A stretch of 64,000 nt of DNA from an uncultured Porphyromonadaceae bacterium (GCA_900538555.1 UPYI01000001.1:260273-324272); one strand, 5' to 3'. Positions 19,305 to 30,262 are shown, counted from the stretch's first letter. Numbers and translations are program-made. Notes: a model not told the origin generated them from the letters alone.

Positions 19305-21302
19305 ATGGGCAAGACATACCGGTTACAAGACTGGCTGCCGACTACGCAGAAAGAGATCGAGCTAAGGGGATGGGACTACATCGACGTAATCCTGTTTTCG
19401 GGCGATGCGTATGTGGATCATCCGTCGTTCGGTGCTGCCGTTATCGGTCGTACACTCGAAGCCGCCGGGCTCCGGGTGGCGCTCGTTCCCCAGCCTAACT
19501 GGCGGGATGACCTGCGCGACTTCAAGAAATTAGGCGCACCCCGTCTGTTCTTCGGCATCTCGCCCGGTGCCATGGATTCCATGGTAAACCACTATACCGC
19601 CAACAAACGGTTGCGCAGCGACGATGCGTACACACCCGACGGCAGACACGGCATGCGTCCCGACTACCCGAGTATCGTGTACAGCAAGATTCTCCGGTCG
19701 CTCTATCCCGATACCCCGATCTTGTTAGGAGGCATAGAGGCTTCGCTCCGCCGATTGTCGCACTACGACTACTGGCAGGACAAACTGCTGCCCAGCATAC
19801 TGACCGAATGCCCCGCCGACCTGTTGATCTACGGCATGGGGGAAAAACCGATCATCGAGATTGCCCGACGGCTTCGGAATGGCGAACCGATCGGAAATAT
19901 CACCGACATTCCGCAAACGGTCGTACTCCGTCCGTTACAGGAGCTCCCCACCGTCACCGAAAACGAAACGGACATCGTCCTGCACTCTTTCAGCGATTGC
20001 CTTGCCAACAAAAAAGCACAGGCGGAAAACTTCCGTCATATCGAAGAGGAATCGAACAAGATACATGCCAAACGCCTGTGGCAGGCGACCGGCAACCGTG
20101 CCGTTATGGTGAATCCGCCCTATCCGCCCATGAGCGAAAGCGAAATAGACGCATCGTTCGACCTGCCCTACACCCGTATGCCGCATCCCAAATACCGGGG
20201 CAAAACCATTCCGGCTTACGAAATGATCAAATTTTCGGTGAACCTGCACCGGGGATGTTTCGGGGGCTGTGCCTTCTGCACCATATCGGCTCATCAAGGT
20301 AAGTTCATCGCTTCACGTTCCAAAAAGTCCATATTGAAAGAGGTAAAAGCCTTGACCGAAATGGAGGGATTCAAAGGATACCTGAGCGACCTGGGCGGTC
20401 CGTCAGCCAATATGTACCGGATGCACGGAGCCAAACGGGAAGCCTGCGAAGTATGCAAACGTCCTTCGTGCCTGCATCCGGCGGTCTGCCCGAACCTGCA
20501 AACCGACCACCAGCCGTTATTAGACATCTATCACGCGGTAGACGCATTGCCCGGTATCAAGAAATCGTTTATCGGCAGCGGCGTACGATACGACCTGATC
20601 CTGCATCGGCACAAAGATGAAACCCTGAACCGATGCTCGATGCAATATGCACACGAATTGATTGCCCGCCACGTGTCGGGAAGATTGAAAGTGGCTCCGG
20701 AACACACCTCCGACCGGGTGTTGAATCTGATGCGCAAACCTTCGTTCGGACAGTTCGGACAATTCAAACGGATTTTCGACCGGGTAAACGCAGAAGAGGG
20801 ACTGAACCAGCAACTCATTCCCTACTTCATTTCCAGCCATCCCGGCTGCACGGAAGAAGACATGGCAGAACTTGCCGCCATCACCAAAAGCCTGCATTTC
20901 CATTTGGAACAGGTTCAGGACTTCACGCCCACGCCCATGACGCTCGCCACCGAAATTTACTATACCGGGTATCATCCTTATACCGGCGAAAAAGTATATA
21001 CCGCCCGCGATGCCCGGGAAAAATTGGGACAACGCAAATATTTCTTCTGGTATCAGCCTGAACAGCAACACGACATACAACAATCGTTGCAACGGATGCA
21101 CCGTCCCGATCTGCTGAACCGCCTGTACGGACATGCCGCTTCCCCGAAAAACGTCCGGCAAAGCCAATCCGATCCGCGATCGAAAGGCAACGATAAAGAA
21201 CGATACGGCACCGGCAGGTATTCGGACAACCGACCCGCCAAGAGAAGCGGAGATACGACGGCGTTCCGTCCCGACAACCGTAGCCGGAAAAAGCGCAAAT
21301 AA
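19305..21302 (+). CDS. ygiQ: YgiQ-family (UPF0313) radical SAM protein
   Basis: An N-terminal DUF3362-like domain (DAYVDHPSFGAAVIGRTLEAAG), an internal CFGGCAFC cysteine motif, and a C-terminal basic tail. Length 665 aa. Confidence 0.85.
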   Translation: MGKTYRLQDWLPTTQKEIELRGWDYIDVILFSGDAYVDHPSFGAAVIGRTLEAAGLRVALVPQPNWRDDLRDFKKLGAPRLFFGISPGAMDSMVNHYTANKRLRSDDAYTPDGRHGMRPDYPSIVYSKILRSLYPDTPILLGGIEASLRRLSHYDYWQDKLLPSILTECPADLLIYGMGEKPIIEIARRLRNGEPIGNITDIPQTVVLRPLQELPTVTENETDIVLHSFSDCLANKKAQAENFRHIEEESNKIHAKRLWQATGNRAVMVNPPYPPMSESEIDASFDLPYTRMPHPKYRGKTIPAYEMIKFSVNLHRGCFGGCAFCTISAHQGKFIASRSKKSILKEVKALTEMEGFKGYLSDLGGPSANMYRMHGAKREACEVCKRPSCLHPAVCPNLQTDHQPLLDIYHAVDALPGIKKSFIGSGVRYDLILHRHKDETLNRCSMQYAHELIARHVSGRLKVAPEHTSDRVLNLMRKPSFGQFGQFKRIFDRVNAEEGLNQQLIPYFISSHPGCTEEDMAELAAITKSLHFHLEQVQDFTPTPMTLATEIYYTGYHPYTGEKVYTARDAREKLGQRKYFFWYQPEQQHDIQQSLQRMHRPDLLNRLYGHAASPKNVRQSQSDPRSKGNDKERYGTGRYSDNRPAKRSGDTTAFRPDNRSRKKRK

Positions 21303-21404
21303 CCCGTCAAGCGGAAAGGACAAGCCGTATGACAAGTTTTATCAACCGATCGTACGGAAATACCGAAGATTATCACTAACTTTACCTACGGTAAAATTTC
21401 GATT

Positions 21405-21902
21405 ATGGAAATATATCGGCAGAAATGTTCGTGGGGCAAATCCCCTCTTTGGATGAACGGGTTAGTCGTTCTTCTGTTCGCCATACCCTTTATCTGGCAA
21501 GACGAACAGAAGCCACTCGAACCGTGGGTGGCAATCACCATACTAACCGCATTTCTCGCACTGTTGTTCAGCGGTCTGTTCTATTGCCCCCGATACATAG
21601 CCATAACGCCCGATACGTTAGTAATCAAACGTATCGTAGCCAGCAAAGTCATTCCGTTAAGCGAAATCGAATCGGCAGAACCCTATCAACGCACCATGAA
21701 TTTCACACGTACCTGCGGCAGCGGCGGATTCTTAGGCTATTGGGGATGGTTCCACAATCAGGAGTTAAAGCATTTCTTTGTCTACGCCACCAATCTCAAC
21801 CAGTTGGTTCTGGTACGGTTGAGGTCGGGACGAAAATATGTAATCTCATGCACGGATGCCCCAAGCATGGCAACGGAAATCGCACGCCAACTTCGAAATT
21901 AA
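21405..21902 (+). CDS. Bacterial PH-domain (YdbS/DUF304-like) membrane protein
   Basis: Two N-terminal transmembrane helices are followed by a PH-like beta-sandwich region. Length 165 aa. Confidence 0.5.
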   Translation: MEIYRQKCSWGKSPLWMNGLVVLLFAIPFIWQDEQKPLEPWVAITILTAFLALLFSGLFYCPRYIAITPDTLVIKRIVASKVIPLSEIESAEPYQRTMNFTRTCGSGGFLGYWGWFHNQELKHFFVYATNLNQLVLVRLRSGRKYVISCTDAPSMATEIARQLRN

Positions 21903-21957
21903 AAAATAAATCCGGCGGCGGGAAACTGCCGCGACACACATAAATACAGTTTTTTAC

Positions 21958-24054
21958 ATGAAACATTTATTCGTATCGGCTATGGCTGGAACTTTATTAT
22001 TGACAGCCTGTCAATCTTCCTCCACATCGGGAGGCAGTATCATCGAAAAACCTTCGGTGAAGGTTGAAAACGGTATTATGAATACCGATGTGCTGATGGC
22101 TTTCGGACGAATCAGCGATCCGGTAGTTTCTCCGGACAAACAAAAAGTTTTATACGGAGTTTCGTATGTGGATGTAGCCCAAAACAAATCGAACCGGGAA
22201 CTGATGGTCGTGAACATCGACGGCAGCGGACGGAAACAACTTACTCATACCGCCGGCTCGGAACTGAACGGCGTATGGATCGACGGAGGCGATAAAATCG
22301 CATTCCTCTCGGCAGAAAGCGGCAGTTACCAATTGTGGGTGATGAATGCCGACGGCAGCCATCGCCGGCAGATCAGCCACCTCGAACGCGATATACAGGG
22401 CTTCCTGCTTTCGCCGGACGAAACACAAATATTGTTGATCTGCAATATCAAGGCTATCGAAACCGCTTCGGACATCTATCCCGATCTGGATAAAGCGACC
22501 GGCAGAGTGATCGACGACCTGATGTACAAACATTGGAACGAATGGGTGGAAGAGATTCCGCATCCCTACATCGCATCGTTCGACGGAGAGAAGATCGGCG
22601 AACTGACCGACCTGCTTGAAGGCGAACCGTATGAGTCGCCGATGAAACCGTTCGGCGGCACGGAATCGTTCTCATGGGCTCCGGACGGCAAGAGCATCGC
22701 CTACGTATGCCGCAAAAAGACCGGTCTGGAATACTCCTTATCGACCAACTCGGACATCTACCTCTACGACATCGCCTCGAAAACATCGCGCAATCTCACA
22801 GAGGGCATGATGGGTTACGATACCAACCCGAGTTTCTCGTCCGACGGGAAATATCTGTTGTGGACCAGCATGGAACGCGACGGTTACGAATCGGATAAAA
22901 ACCGGGTATTCGTCTTGGATATGGCTACGGGCGAGAAAAATTACCTGACCTCCGACTTCGATTACAGCGCCGACGGTGCAGCATGGGCACCCGACAACCG
23001 TTCGGTATATTTCAGCGCACCGTACCGCGGCGAGGTACACCTGTTCAACGTAACGCTTGCCGACAAAACGATCAAGCAGATCACGACCGGCTATTACGAC
23101 TACGGAACATTCATTCCGGTGAGCGACCGTTGCATCGTGGCTACCCGCCACTCGTTATCGCAACCCGACGAAATTTACACCATCGACCCGACCGACCTGA
23201 GCATCGCCGAAATTTCGTTCGAAAATAAAGAAATACTCGACCAGGTGACAATGGGCCGCGTAGAAGAACGCTGGATAAAGACGACCGACAACAAAGAGAT
23301 GTTGGCATGGGTTGTCTATCCACCGAATTTCGACCCGAACAAAAAATATCCGGCATTGCTTTACTGCCAGGGCGGTCCGCAAAGCCCGGTAAGCCAGTTC
23401 TGGTCGTACCGCTGGAACCTGCAAATGATGGCAGCCAACGGCTACATCGTCATCGCACCGAACCGTCGGGGCTTGTACGGATTCGGACAGGAATGGCTGG
23501 AACAGATCAGCGGCGACTACGGCGGTCAGAATATGAAAGACTACCTGAGCGCAAGCGATGCTCTGGCAAAAGAACCGTATGTCGATGCCGACCGTATGGG
23601 TGCTGTGGGTGCAAGTTACGGCGGGTTCTCGGTTTACTGGCTGGCAGGACACCACAAAGACCGGTTCAAGGCTTTCATCGCTCATGCCGGCATCTTCAAC
23701 ATCGAGCAACAATATTTCGAAACCGAAGAGATGTGGTTCGCCAATTGGGATATGGGCGGCGCTCCGTGGGAAAAGGACAACAAGATCGCCCAACGGACTT
23801 TCGCCAATTCTCCGCACAAGTTCGTAGACCAATGGAATACGCCGATTCTCGTCATACACGGGGAATACGATTTCCGCATCCTCGCTTCGCAAGGCATGTC
23901 GGCATTCAATGCAGCGAAACTGCGCGGCGTACCTGCCGAAATGCTGATCTTCCCGGATGAATGCCACTGGGTTCAAAAACCGCAAAACGCAGTGCTCTGG
24001 CACCGGATCTTCTTCCGCTGGCTCGACAAATGGCTGAAACCGACGGCAGAGTAA
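21958..24054 (+). CDS. S9-family serine peptidase lipoprotein with N-terminal beta-propeller
   Basis: A lipoprotein signal (LLLTAC). A TolB/WD40-like N-terminal half. A GxSxGG nucleophile motif (AVGASYGGF) in the C-terminal alpha/beta hydrolase domain. Confidence 0.8.
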   Translation: MKHLFVSAMAGTLLLTACQSSSTSGGSIIEKPSVKVENGIMNTDVLMAFGRISDPVVSPDKQKVLYGVSYVDVAQNKSNRELMVVNIDGSGRKQLTHTAGSELNGVWIDGGDKIAFLSAESGSYQLWVMNADGSHRRQISHLERDIQGFLLSPDETQILLICNIKAIETASDIYPDLDKATGRVIDDLMYKHWNEWVEEIPHPYIASFDGEKIGELTDLLEGEPYESPMKPFGGTESFSWAPDGKSIAYVCRKKTGLEYSLSTNSDIYLYDIASKTSRNLTEGMMGYDTNPSFSSDGKYLLWTSMERDGYESDKNRVFVLDMATGEKNYLTSDFDYSADGAAWAPDNRSVYFSAPYRGEVHLFNVTLADKTIKQITTGYYDYGTFIPVSDRCIVATRHSLSQPDEIYTIDPTDLSIAEISFENKEILDQVTMGRVEERWIKTTDNKEMLAWVVYPPNFDPNKKYPALLYCQGGPQSPVSQFWSYRWNLQMMAANGYIVIAPNRRGLYGFGQEWLEQISGDYGGQNMKDYLSASDALAKEPYVDADRMGAVGASYGGFSVYWLAGHHKDRFKAFIAHAGIFNIEQQYFETEEMWFANWDMGGAPWEKDNKIAQRTFANSPHKFVDQWNTPILVIHGEYDFRILASQGMSAFNAAKLRGVPAEMLIFPDECHWVQKPQNAVLWHRIFFRWLDKWLKPTAE

Positions 24055-24067
24055 AAACAGTACGTTC

Positions 24068-24694
24068 ATGATTGAATTTAAAGACGTTACATTCTTTTAC
24101 GACCATAAACCTCTGATGCAGCACTTTTCGTGCTGCATCGAACGAGGTGAGAAAGTGGTGCTTTTCGGGCCCTCGGGCAAAGGGAAAAGCACCCTTCTCG
24201 CATCTATACCGGGCTTTGTACGTCCCGACGAAGGACGGATAGAGATTGACGGGAAAGAACTGACCGGGGCGTCGGTAACTTCGATACGGCAACGTATCGC
24301 ATGGCTGCCCCAAGAGTTCACCCTGCCCTACGACACGGTACGGGAAACAATCGAGGCTCCGTTCCGGTTACGCGCCAACCGTAGAAATATGCCCGCACGG
24401 GAAACGGTGCTCGACCACTTCGAACGGTTGGGTTTGGAAGCCGTATTGTACGATAAACGAAACATCGAGATTTCGGGCGGACAGCGACAACGTATCATGC
24501 TGATGATCGCCGCACTGCTCGGCAAAGAGATCGTCCTGCTCGACGAACCGACCTCGGCTCTCGATCCCGAGTCGGTAGAACGGGTAATCCGTTACATCCG
24601 GTCGCTCGAATCGGCTACCGTCGTCATGGTTTCTCACGACCGGCGGGTTATCGGGGCTTTCGACCGGGAAATCGGTATCGGTATTCACGAATAA
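24068..24694 (+). CDS. ABC transporter ATP-binding protein (FetA-like)
   Basis: Walker A (GPSGKGKSTL), an ABC signature (LSGGQRQR) and Walker B (IVLLDEP). Length 208 aa. Confidence 0.8.
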   Translation: MIEFKDVTFFYDHKPLMQHFSCCIERGEKVVLFGPSGKGKSTLLASIPGFVRPDEGRIEIDGKELTGASVTSIRQRIAWLPQEFTLPYDTVRETIEAPFRLRANRRNMPARETVLDHFERLGLEAVLYDKRNIEISGGQRQRIMLMIAALLGKEIVLLDEPTSALDPESVERVIRYIRSLESATVVMVSHDRRVIGAFDREIGIGIHE

Positions 24695-24700
24695 GATATT

Positions 24701-25474
24701 ATGGAGACAATCAACATCGGATATGGGGAAATGGCGATCGGCTTTTTACTGTTGCTGATCCCCGTTTTCTTCTTATACTACTATCGCACAGGCTTGGTAA
24801 AGAGTACCATAATCGCCGCCGCCCGCATGACCATACAATTGTTTTTCATCGGGTTCTATTTGGAGTATCTGTTTGAGTGGAACAATGTGTGGGTGAACCT
24901 GTTGTGGGTACTTATCATGATCGGCATCGCAACCTACACCGTCCTGCAACGTACCCGACTGCCGATCAAAATGCTGGTCATACCGGTAGGAACGGCGTTT
25001 CTGATCTCGTTATTGATTATAGATTTCTATTTCCTCGGATTGGTCGTACGTCCGCCCTACCTGTTCGAAGCCCGTTATTTCGTACCGATCAGCGGCATGA
25101 TACTGGGCAATATGCTCTCGGCTAATGTGATCGCGCTCAATACGTTCTACGGCTCGATCGAACGGGAGCGGCAACAGTATCTTTATCTGTTGGGCAACGG
25201 TGCAAGCCGTAGCGAGGCTCTGGCTCCGTTTATGCGCGAGGCTTTGTTGAAATCGTTCAACCCGACCATCGCTTCGATGGCGGTAATGGGACTGATTGCC
25301 CTGCCGGGCACCATGACCGGACAGATTCTCGGCGGCAGCAGTCCTTCGGTCGCTATCCGCTACCAGATCATGCTGATGGTGACGATCTTCGCCTCATCGC
25401 TCATATCGGTGCTGATTACACTGACCGCTTCGCACCGGAAAGCGTTCGACGCATTCGGTATCAAACGGTTTTAG
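24701..25474 (+). CDS. ABC transporter permease (FetB/YbbM UPF0014 family)
   Basis: A 257-aa polytopic membrane protein in an operon with the short ABC ATPase. It has the size and topology of the FetB family. Confidence 0.6.
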   Translation: METINIGYGEMAIGFLLLLIPVFFLYYYRTGLVKSTIIAAARMTIQLFFIGFYLEYLFEWNNVWVNLLWVLIMIGIATYTVLQRTRLPIKMLVIPVGTAFLISLLIIDFYFLGLVVRPPYLFEARYFVPISGMILGNMLSANVIALNTFYGSIERERQQYLYLLGNGASRSEALAPFMREALLKSFNPTIASMAVMGLIALPGTMTGQILGGSSPSVAIRYQIMLMVTIFASSLISVLITLTASHRKAFDAFGIKRF

Positions 25475-25525
25475 ATCGACCGAAACATCCTCATAGCCTT
25501 TCACCTTAAACATTCTAACGCACCG

Positions 25526-25577
25526 AAAAGGGGCTGCATCGAAAACTTGCATTTCGACACAACCCCTTCTTTCAGTT
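25526..25577. terminator. Terminator-like hairpin (family-2 repeat) between convergent genes
   Basis: AAAAGGGGCTGCATCGAAA ... TTTCGACACAACCCCTT forms an imperfect stem. It is preceded by the conserved ATTCTAACGCACCG module. Confidence 0.55.
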
Positions 25578-25595
25578 TCTAATGTTTATTTCGGA

Positions 25596-25889
25596 TTAGA
25601 TTGTTTCTTCTATCGTCCACGTAAATGCCCGCAAACCTAATTGGGGCGTTGCGACATCCATATCGTGCAATGCTTCAAGCAGCTTTTTTACTTTCTCGTC
25701 GGCTACCACCGTAATGATTGCGGAGCACATCGAGGGCCAGGCATGACTGCCATAATGCGGATCGCCGGTTTTCGACCCACGTCCCTGCATGGTAGGGAAA
25801 TAGGAGAATCCACGACAGCTCTGTTTGTCGAGCAGTTCGATAATCCGATGATAATATGCTTGATCGAACGTGATAAGTACTGATTTCAT
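25596..25889 (-). CDS. Small PII-like / DUF3240-like protein distal to the RND pump
   Basis: A 97-aa soluble protein. The assignment to DUF3240, which accompanies cus/czc-type operons, is from memory and tentative. Confidence 0.35.
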   Translation of the reverse strand: MKSVLITFDQAYYHRIIELLDKQSCRGFSYFPTMQGRGSKTGDPHYGSHAWPSMCSAIITVVADEKVKKLLEALHDMDVATPQLGLRAFTWTIEETI

Positions 25890-25894
25890 ATCTT

Positions 25895-25980
25895 AAATTT
25901 TTAATTTTCAATAAACGCTGCGCCCCGGCAAATCGGTTCAAGTTTCTACTTGACCGCTTCTGCACCCGGCTTGCAGTTTA
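25895..25980. repeat. Family-2 element, 3' module only
   Basis: AAACGCTGCGCCCCGGCAAATCGGTTCAAGTTTCTACTTGACCGCTTCTGCACCCGGCTTGCAG matches 39760-39835. Confidence 0.6.
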
Positions 25981-26042
25981 TCTTTATTCTTTTAAACCGG
26001 CAGAGGAGAAGACTCCCCTGCCGAAATGATTTTGCAACAAGA

Positions 26043-29000
26043 TCAATGTGCGGCTTCTTCCGCATCGAGACGGTTGTGTAGTTTTTTCCGACGACGATTC
26101 ACTCCTACTCCGGCAAATACACAATAGAGAACCGGAACCAGAATCAAGGTAAGAATAGTAGAAACCGTCAGACCGCCGATTACCGCCGTACCCATAGGAC
26201 GCCACATTTCAGAACCCTCGCCCGTACCGATAGCCATCGGCACCATACCGAGTATCGTGGTCAATGTGGTCATGATTACCGGACGCAGACGCGACTTACC
26301 GCCTTGTACTACCGCCGTAACGATACCTTGTCCGCGTTCACGATTCAGAATAATGTAGTCGATCAACACGATACCATTCTTCACCACGATACCGATCAAC
26401 ATGATGGCTCCGATCAACGACATCACGTTCAAGGTGCTGCCCGACAGCCACAGGGCGAGGAACACTCCGGAGAACGAGAACGGAATGGCGAACATGATGA
26501 TGAAGGGATAGGTAAGCGATTCGAACTGTGCCGCCATGACAATGAATACCAACAGGATAATCAATATCATCAACGTGAACAGGTCGCCGAACGAATCTTG
26601 CTGGTCTTCGTATGTACCTGCCAATTGCACGGAGATACCCAACGGAATATCCATCTTTTTCAGTTCCTTGTCCATAGCTTCCACCACATCGCTCATCGGC
26701 ACACCCGAAATCACCGCCGACACGGTATTGATACGTTCACGGTCTTTTCGTTCGATCGTAGGCGGAGCAAAGCGTTCTACGACCGTACCGAGTTCACGCA
26801 CCCGTACGCCTTTGCCTTGCGAGTTGTAGATCACGATATTCTCGATATCCTCGATCGAAGTACGATGTTCGGGCGCATACATGACCTTGATATCGTATTC
26901 GTCTCCTTCTTCGCGGAAAAGCGACGCGGTAGATCCATTGATGCGGTTACGCAGGAAGGTTGCCGCCGTAGAGAGGTTCAAACCGTTCAACGCCAGTTTT
27001 TCCCGATCGAAATCGACTTGATATTCAGGTTGGTATTCACCCCGGCTGATAATTACTTCGGCACAGCCTTTGATAGCGAGCAGTTTTTCCTGCAACATCG
27101 CTGCCACCCGGTCGGTTTCTTCAAAACTGTAACCGTATATCTCGTAGTCGAGAGTAGCCTGTCCGCCCATGCCGGTATTACCTCCACCCAATTTCACTTC
27201 GAATTTGCGGATTTCGGGATAGTGACGCAGATCGTCACGCATCATGTCGCAGATTTCGGACAGCGAACGATCCCGATCTTCGAGATCGATCAAGCTGATA
27301 TTGAAAGTAATGATATGCGTACCGTTGTCCTGCATCGAAGCGAATGCGTTGTCGGTGCTTGCCTGACCTACGGTGAAGTTACAAACTTTGATTTCGGGAT
27401 ATTTCTTTGTCCACTGGTCATAAAGTTTCATGGATATTTCCTTCGAAATCTCGGTACGGGTACCGATAGGCATTTCGATCGAAACTCCGATTCGTCCGTT
27501 ATCCTGAGAGGGGAAGAATTCCGTACCTACCTGACTTACCAAAAACATACTGGCAACGAAAATACCGAGACAGGAGAATATTACCGTCTTACGGTGGCGT
27601 ACCGACCAATTCAATATCGAAGCATAAAAGTCGTCGAAACGATCCAGTCCGCGTTCAATCGGATGATAAATCAGCTTGAAAAGTTTGGATTGCTTGGGGT
27701 TCAACCGCAGCAGTTGCGAACAGAGCATCGGTGTGAGAGAAAGGGCACTGGTCGTAGAAACGATCATGATGATCGTCACCATCCAACCCAACTCCTTGAA
27801 GAAGATACCGGTCATACCGGATACCATAGTGAGCGGGAAGAATACGGCAATCAAAGTAAGCGTAGATGCGATAACCGATATACCGACCTCGTTCGTTCCG
27901 TGGATAGCGGCTTGTTTCGGGTCACTACCCCGCTCGATATGTGTCGTCACGTTTTCCAATACCACAATCGCATCATCGACCACCATACCGATAGCGATGG
28001 AGAGCGCGGAGAGTGAAATGATGTTCAACGAACTGTCGGTGATCGCCAGATAGATGAACGAAGCGACCAACGAAATCGGGATCGTAATTACGACGATAAT
28101 CGTAGCCCGCCAACGACCGAGGAAGAAGAGTACGACCAAAGTCACGAAGAGCAAAGCCAGCATCACGGTTTCGAACAAACTGTCGATCGTGTTGCTGATG
28201 TTGTCGGAGGTATTGACGATAATACCGAGTTTCACATCGGAAGGCAGGTTCTTTTGGAGGCGGGGCAATGCGTCGAGCACCGCTTTGGAAATCTGCACGG
28301 AGTTGGCACCCGACTGTTTTTGAATCACGATCATCGCACCTTGCACTCCATTGTTATAGGCTTCTTGCGCACGTTCTTCCACCGAGTCGTGTACCGTGGC
28401 GACATCGCGCAGATAGATTGTCCGTCCGTTGAACGTACCGACTACAATGTCGTTCATCTGACGGGCATCGGTAAATTCGCCCTGTACGCGCAATGCGTAG
28501 GTATCGGATCCGATATCGAACGTACCGCCGGGAATGTTCCGGTTTTCAGCTCCGATCACGGACGATATACCCTCGACCGTGAGATGATAGGCTTCGAGAC
28601 GTTCGGGATCGACATAAATCTGTATTTCGCGTTCGGGCGCACCGGTAATGGAGACCGTACCTACTCCGCTGATACGAGCCAACGGGTTCGCCACATTGTC
28701 GTCCAATATTTTATAGAGAGCCGGCATACTCTCCTCGGCTTGTACGGAGAGGAGTACGATAGGAATCATATCGGCATCGAACTTGAAAATGATCGGCGTC
28801 TCCGATTCATCGGGCAACGAGGATTTCACCATGTCGAGTTTATCACGCACATCGTTCGTCAGTACATCGATGTCATAACCGTACTCGAATTCGAGCGTGA
28901 TCAAAGACATATTTTCTTTCGACTGCGAAGTAATGTGTTTCAAGTTGCTCACCGCATTCAACGTATTTTCCAACGGACGGGTAAGGTTGGTTTCAATATC

Positions 29001-29171
29001 GGCGGCACTCGCTCCGGGATATGCCGTCATCACCATGATCACATTGCTTTCGACATCGGGATAGAGGTCGATCGGTAATTTTTGTAACGAGAAGAGACCC
29101 AGTATCGCAATCGCCACAAAGCAGAGCGAAGTCATAATCGGTTTCTTCACCGCACCTTCATATAGACTCAT
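26043..29171 (-). CDS. Efflux RND transporter permease subunit (AcrB/CzcA superfamily)
   Basis: A 1042-aa protein with 12 predicted transmembrane helices and two large periplasmic loops. It carries a conserved RND N-terminus (KKPIMTSLCFVAIAILGLFSLQKLPIDLYPD). Confidence 0.9.
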   Translation of the reverse strand: MSLYEGAVKKPIMTSLCFVAIAILGLFSLQKLPIDLYPDVESNVIMVMTAYPGASAADIETNLTRPLENTLNAVSNLKHITSQSKENMSLITLEFEYGYDIDVLTNDVRDKLDMVKSSLPDESETPIIFKFDADMIPIVLLSVQAEESMPALYKILDDNVANPLARISGVGTVSITGAPEREIQIYVDPERLEAYHLTVEGISSVIGAENRNIPGGTFDIGSDTYALRVQGEFTDARQMNDIVVGTFNGRTIYLRDVATVHDSVEERAQEAYNNGVQGAMIVIQKQSGANSVQISKAVLDALPRLQKNLPSDVKLGIIVNTSDNISNTIDSLFETVMLALLFVTLVVLFFLGRWRATIIVVITIPISLVASFIYLAITDSSLNIISLSALSIAIGMVVDDAIVVLENVTTHIERGSDPKQAAIHGTNEVGISVIASTLTLIAVFFPLTMVSGMTGIFFKELGWMVTIIMIVSTTSALSLTPMLCSQLLRLNPKQSKLFKLIYHPIERGLDRFDDFYASILNWSVRHRKTVIFSCLGIFVASMFLVSQVGTEFFPSQDNGRIGVSIEMPIGTRTEISKEISMKLYDQWTKKYPEIKVCNFTVGQASTDNAFASMQDNGTHIITFNISLIDLEDRDRSLSEICDMMRDDLRHYPEIRKFEVKLGGGNTGMGGQATLDYEIYGYSFEETDRVAAMLQEKLLAIKGCAEVIISRGEYQPEYQVDFDREKLALNGLNLSTAATFLRNRINGSTASLFREEGDEYDIKVMYAPEHRTSIEDIENIVIYNSQGKGVRVRELGTVVERFAPPTIERKDRERINTVSAVISGVPMSDVVEAMDKELKKMDIPLGISVQLAGTYEDQQDSFGDLFTLMILIILLVFIVMAAQFESLTYPFIIMFAIPFSFSGVFLALWLSGSTLNVMSLIGAIMLIGIVVKNGIVLIDYIILNRERGQGIVTAVVQGGKSRLRPVIMTTLTTILGMVPMAIGTGEGSEMWRPMGTAVIGGLTVSTILTLILVPVLYCVFAGVGVNRRRKKLHNRLDAEEAAH

Positions 29172-29242
29172 AAGATATATTTTTTATTTGTTAATGATGC
29201 GAGGGAATGCCATATCGAAGCATTCCCGTTCGGAGTATCCGA

Positions 29243-30262
29243 TTATTCGACAACAGTCACGTCCATGCCGTCGCCTAATTTCGCCTGACCGGCAATCACT
29301 ACGAACGAATTGTTCTCCACGCCGGAAATCAGTTCGTAGGTGGTATCGATGTGACGTCCGAGTTCCACTTTGTTATAACTTACTTTGCCGTCGTTATAGA
29401 CATACACGAAACGGTCGCCCGATCCGGCACGTTTGATCACCGCACGATCGGGCACGACCACCCGATTTTCGGTGCCGAAGTCCATATTGACACGGGCAAA
29501 CATTCCCGGACGGATACGCTCCTTAGCATTCGGGATATTGATCTCGACCGTGAACGTACGTGTAGCGGCATCGATCGTAGGATGTATCAACGATACTTTT
29601 CCTTTGAATACCTCATCGCCATAGACATCGAGGTTGATATCGACATTCATACCTACATGTACTTTGCGGAAGTCGCTCTCCGAAACGTTCACCAATACTT
29701 TTACCGGATTGATCTGCATAACGGTATATACAGCCGCACCGCTCGCCATATCGCCTTCGTCGAAATTACGTGCAGTCACCACTCCGGGTATCGGGCTGAT
29801 AAGTACGGTATTTTCCAACAGATTCTCGTAAGCGGTTTTCGTGGCTTCGTATTGCGTACCGAGCTGGTCTACCTGCTGTTGCGACGCGCCTCCTACTTTC
29901 TGCAATTCGACAACGCGGTCGTATTCCAATTTGATATTGTCCAACTGTACTTTCTGTTGCGTCAGATTGGCGGCATCCAGTTCTACCAGTTTCTGTCCCT
30001 CTTTCACATGATCGCCAACTTCGACATAGAGTTTTTTGATGCGGTTGGGCATGGACGAAATGATCTGGTTTCTTTTGAACGGTTCTACCGTAGCCGTATA
30101 GACTGCCACCTGCGGCACAGGCTGCGTATTTACTTTGGCTATTTTCACCATAGGGGTTTCGTCTCCGTCCGAAACCGTCCCCTTCTTTTCACCTCCGGCA
30201 CAAGAGGCAAGCATCACCACGGCACACAAAGCCGTTACATTCAAGAATCTCATTCTTTTCAT
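29243..30262 (-). CDS. Efflux RND periplasmic adaptor subunit (MFP/HlyD family)
   Basis: A lipoprotein signal (VMLASCAGG), followed by coiled-coil, lipoyl and beta-barrel domains. Length 339 aa. Confidence 0.85.
   Translation of the reverse strand: MKRMRFLNVTALCAVVMLASCAGGEKKGTVSDGDETPMVKIAKVNTQPVPQVAVYTATVEPFKRNQIISSMPNRIKKLYVEVGDHVKEGQKLVELDAANLTQQKVQLDNIKLEYDRVVELQKVGGASQQQVDQLGTQYEATKTAYENLLENTVLISPIPGVVTARNFDEGDMASGAAVYTVMQINPVKVLVNVSESDFRKVHVGMNVDINLDVYGDEVFKGKVSLIHPTIDAATRTFTVEINIPNAKERIRPGMFARVNMDFGTENRVVVPDRAVIKRAGSGDRFVYVYNDGKVSYNKVELGRHIDTTYELISGVENNSFVVIAGQAKLGDGMDVTVVE

Noticed and set aside
26304-28016. Long antisense ORF (570 aa) inside the RND pump gene
   Set aside because: Similar antisense ORFs occur at 49224-51134, 52677-54908 and 59398-60708. 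They lie antisense to strongly supported genes and have low-complexity, Arg/His/Asp-rich composition. No independent homology signal is visible. They probably reflect the codon-composition bias of this genome.
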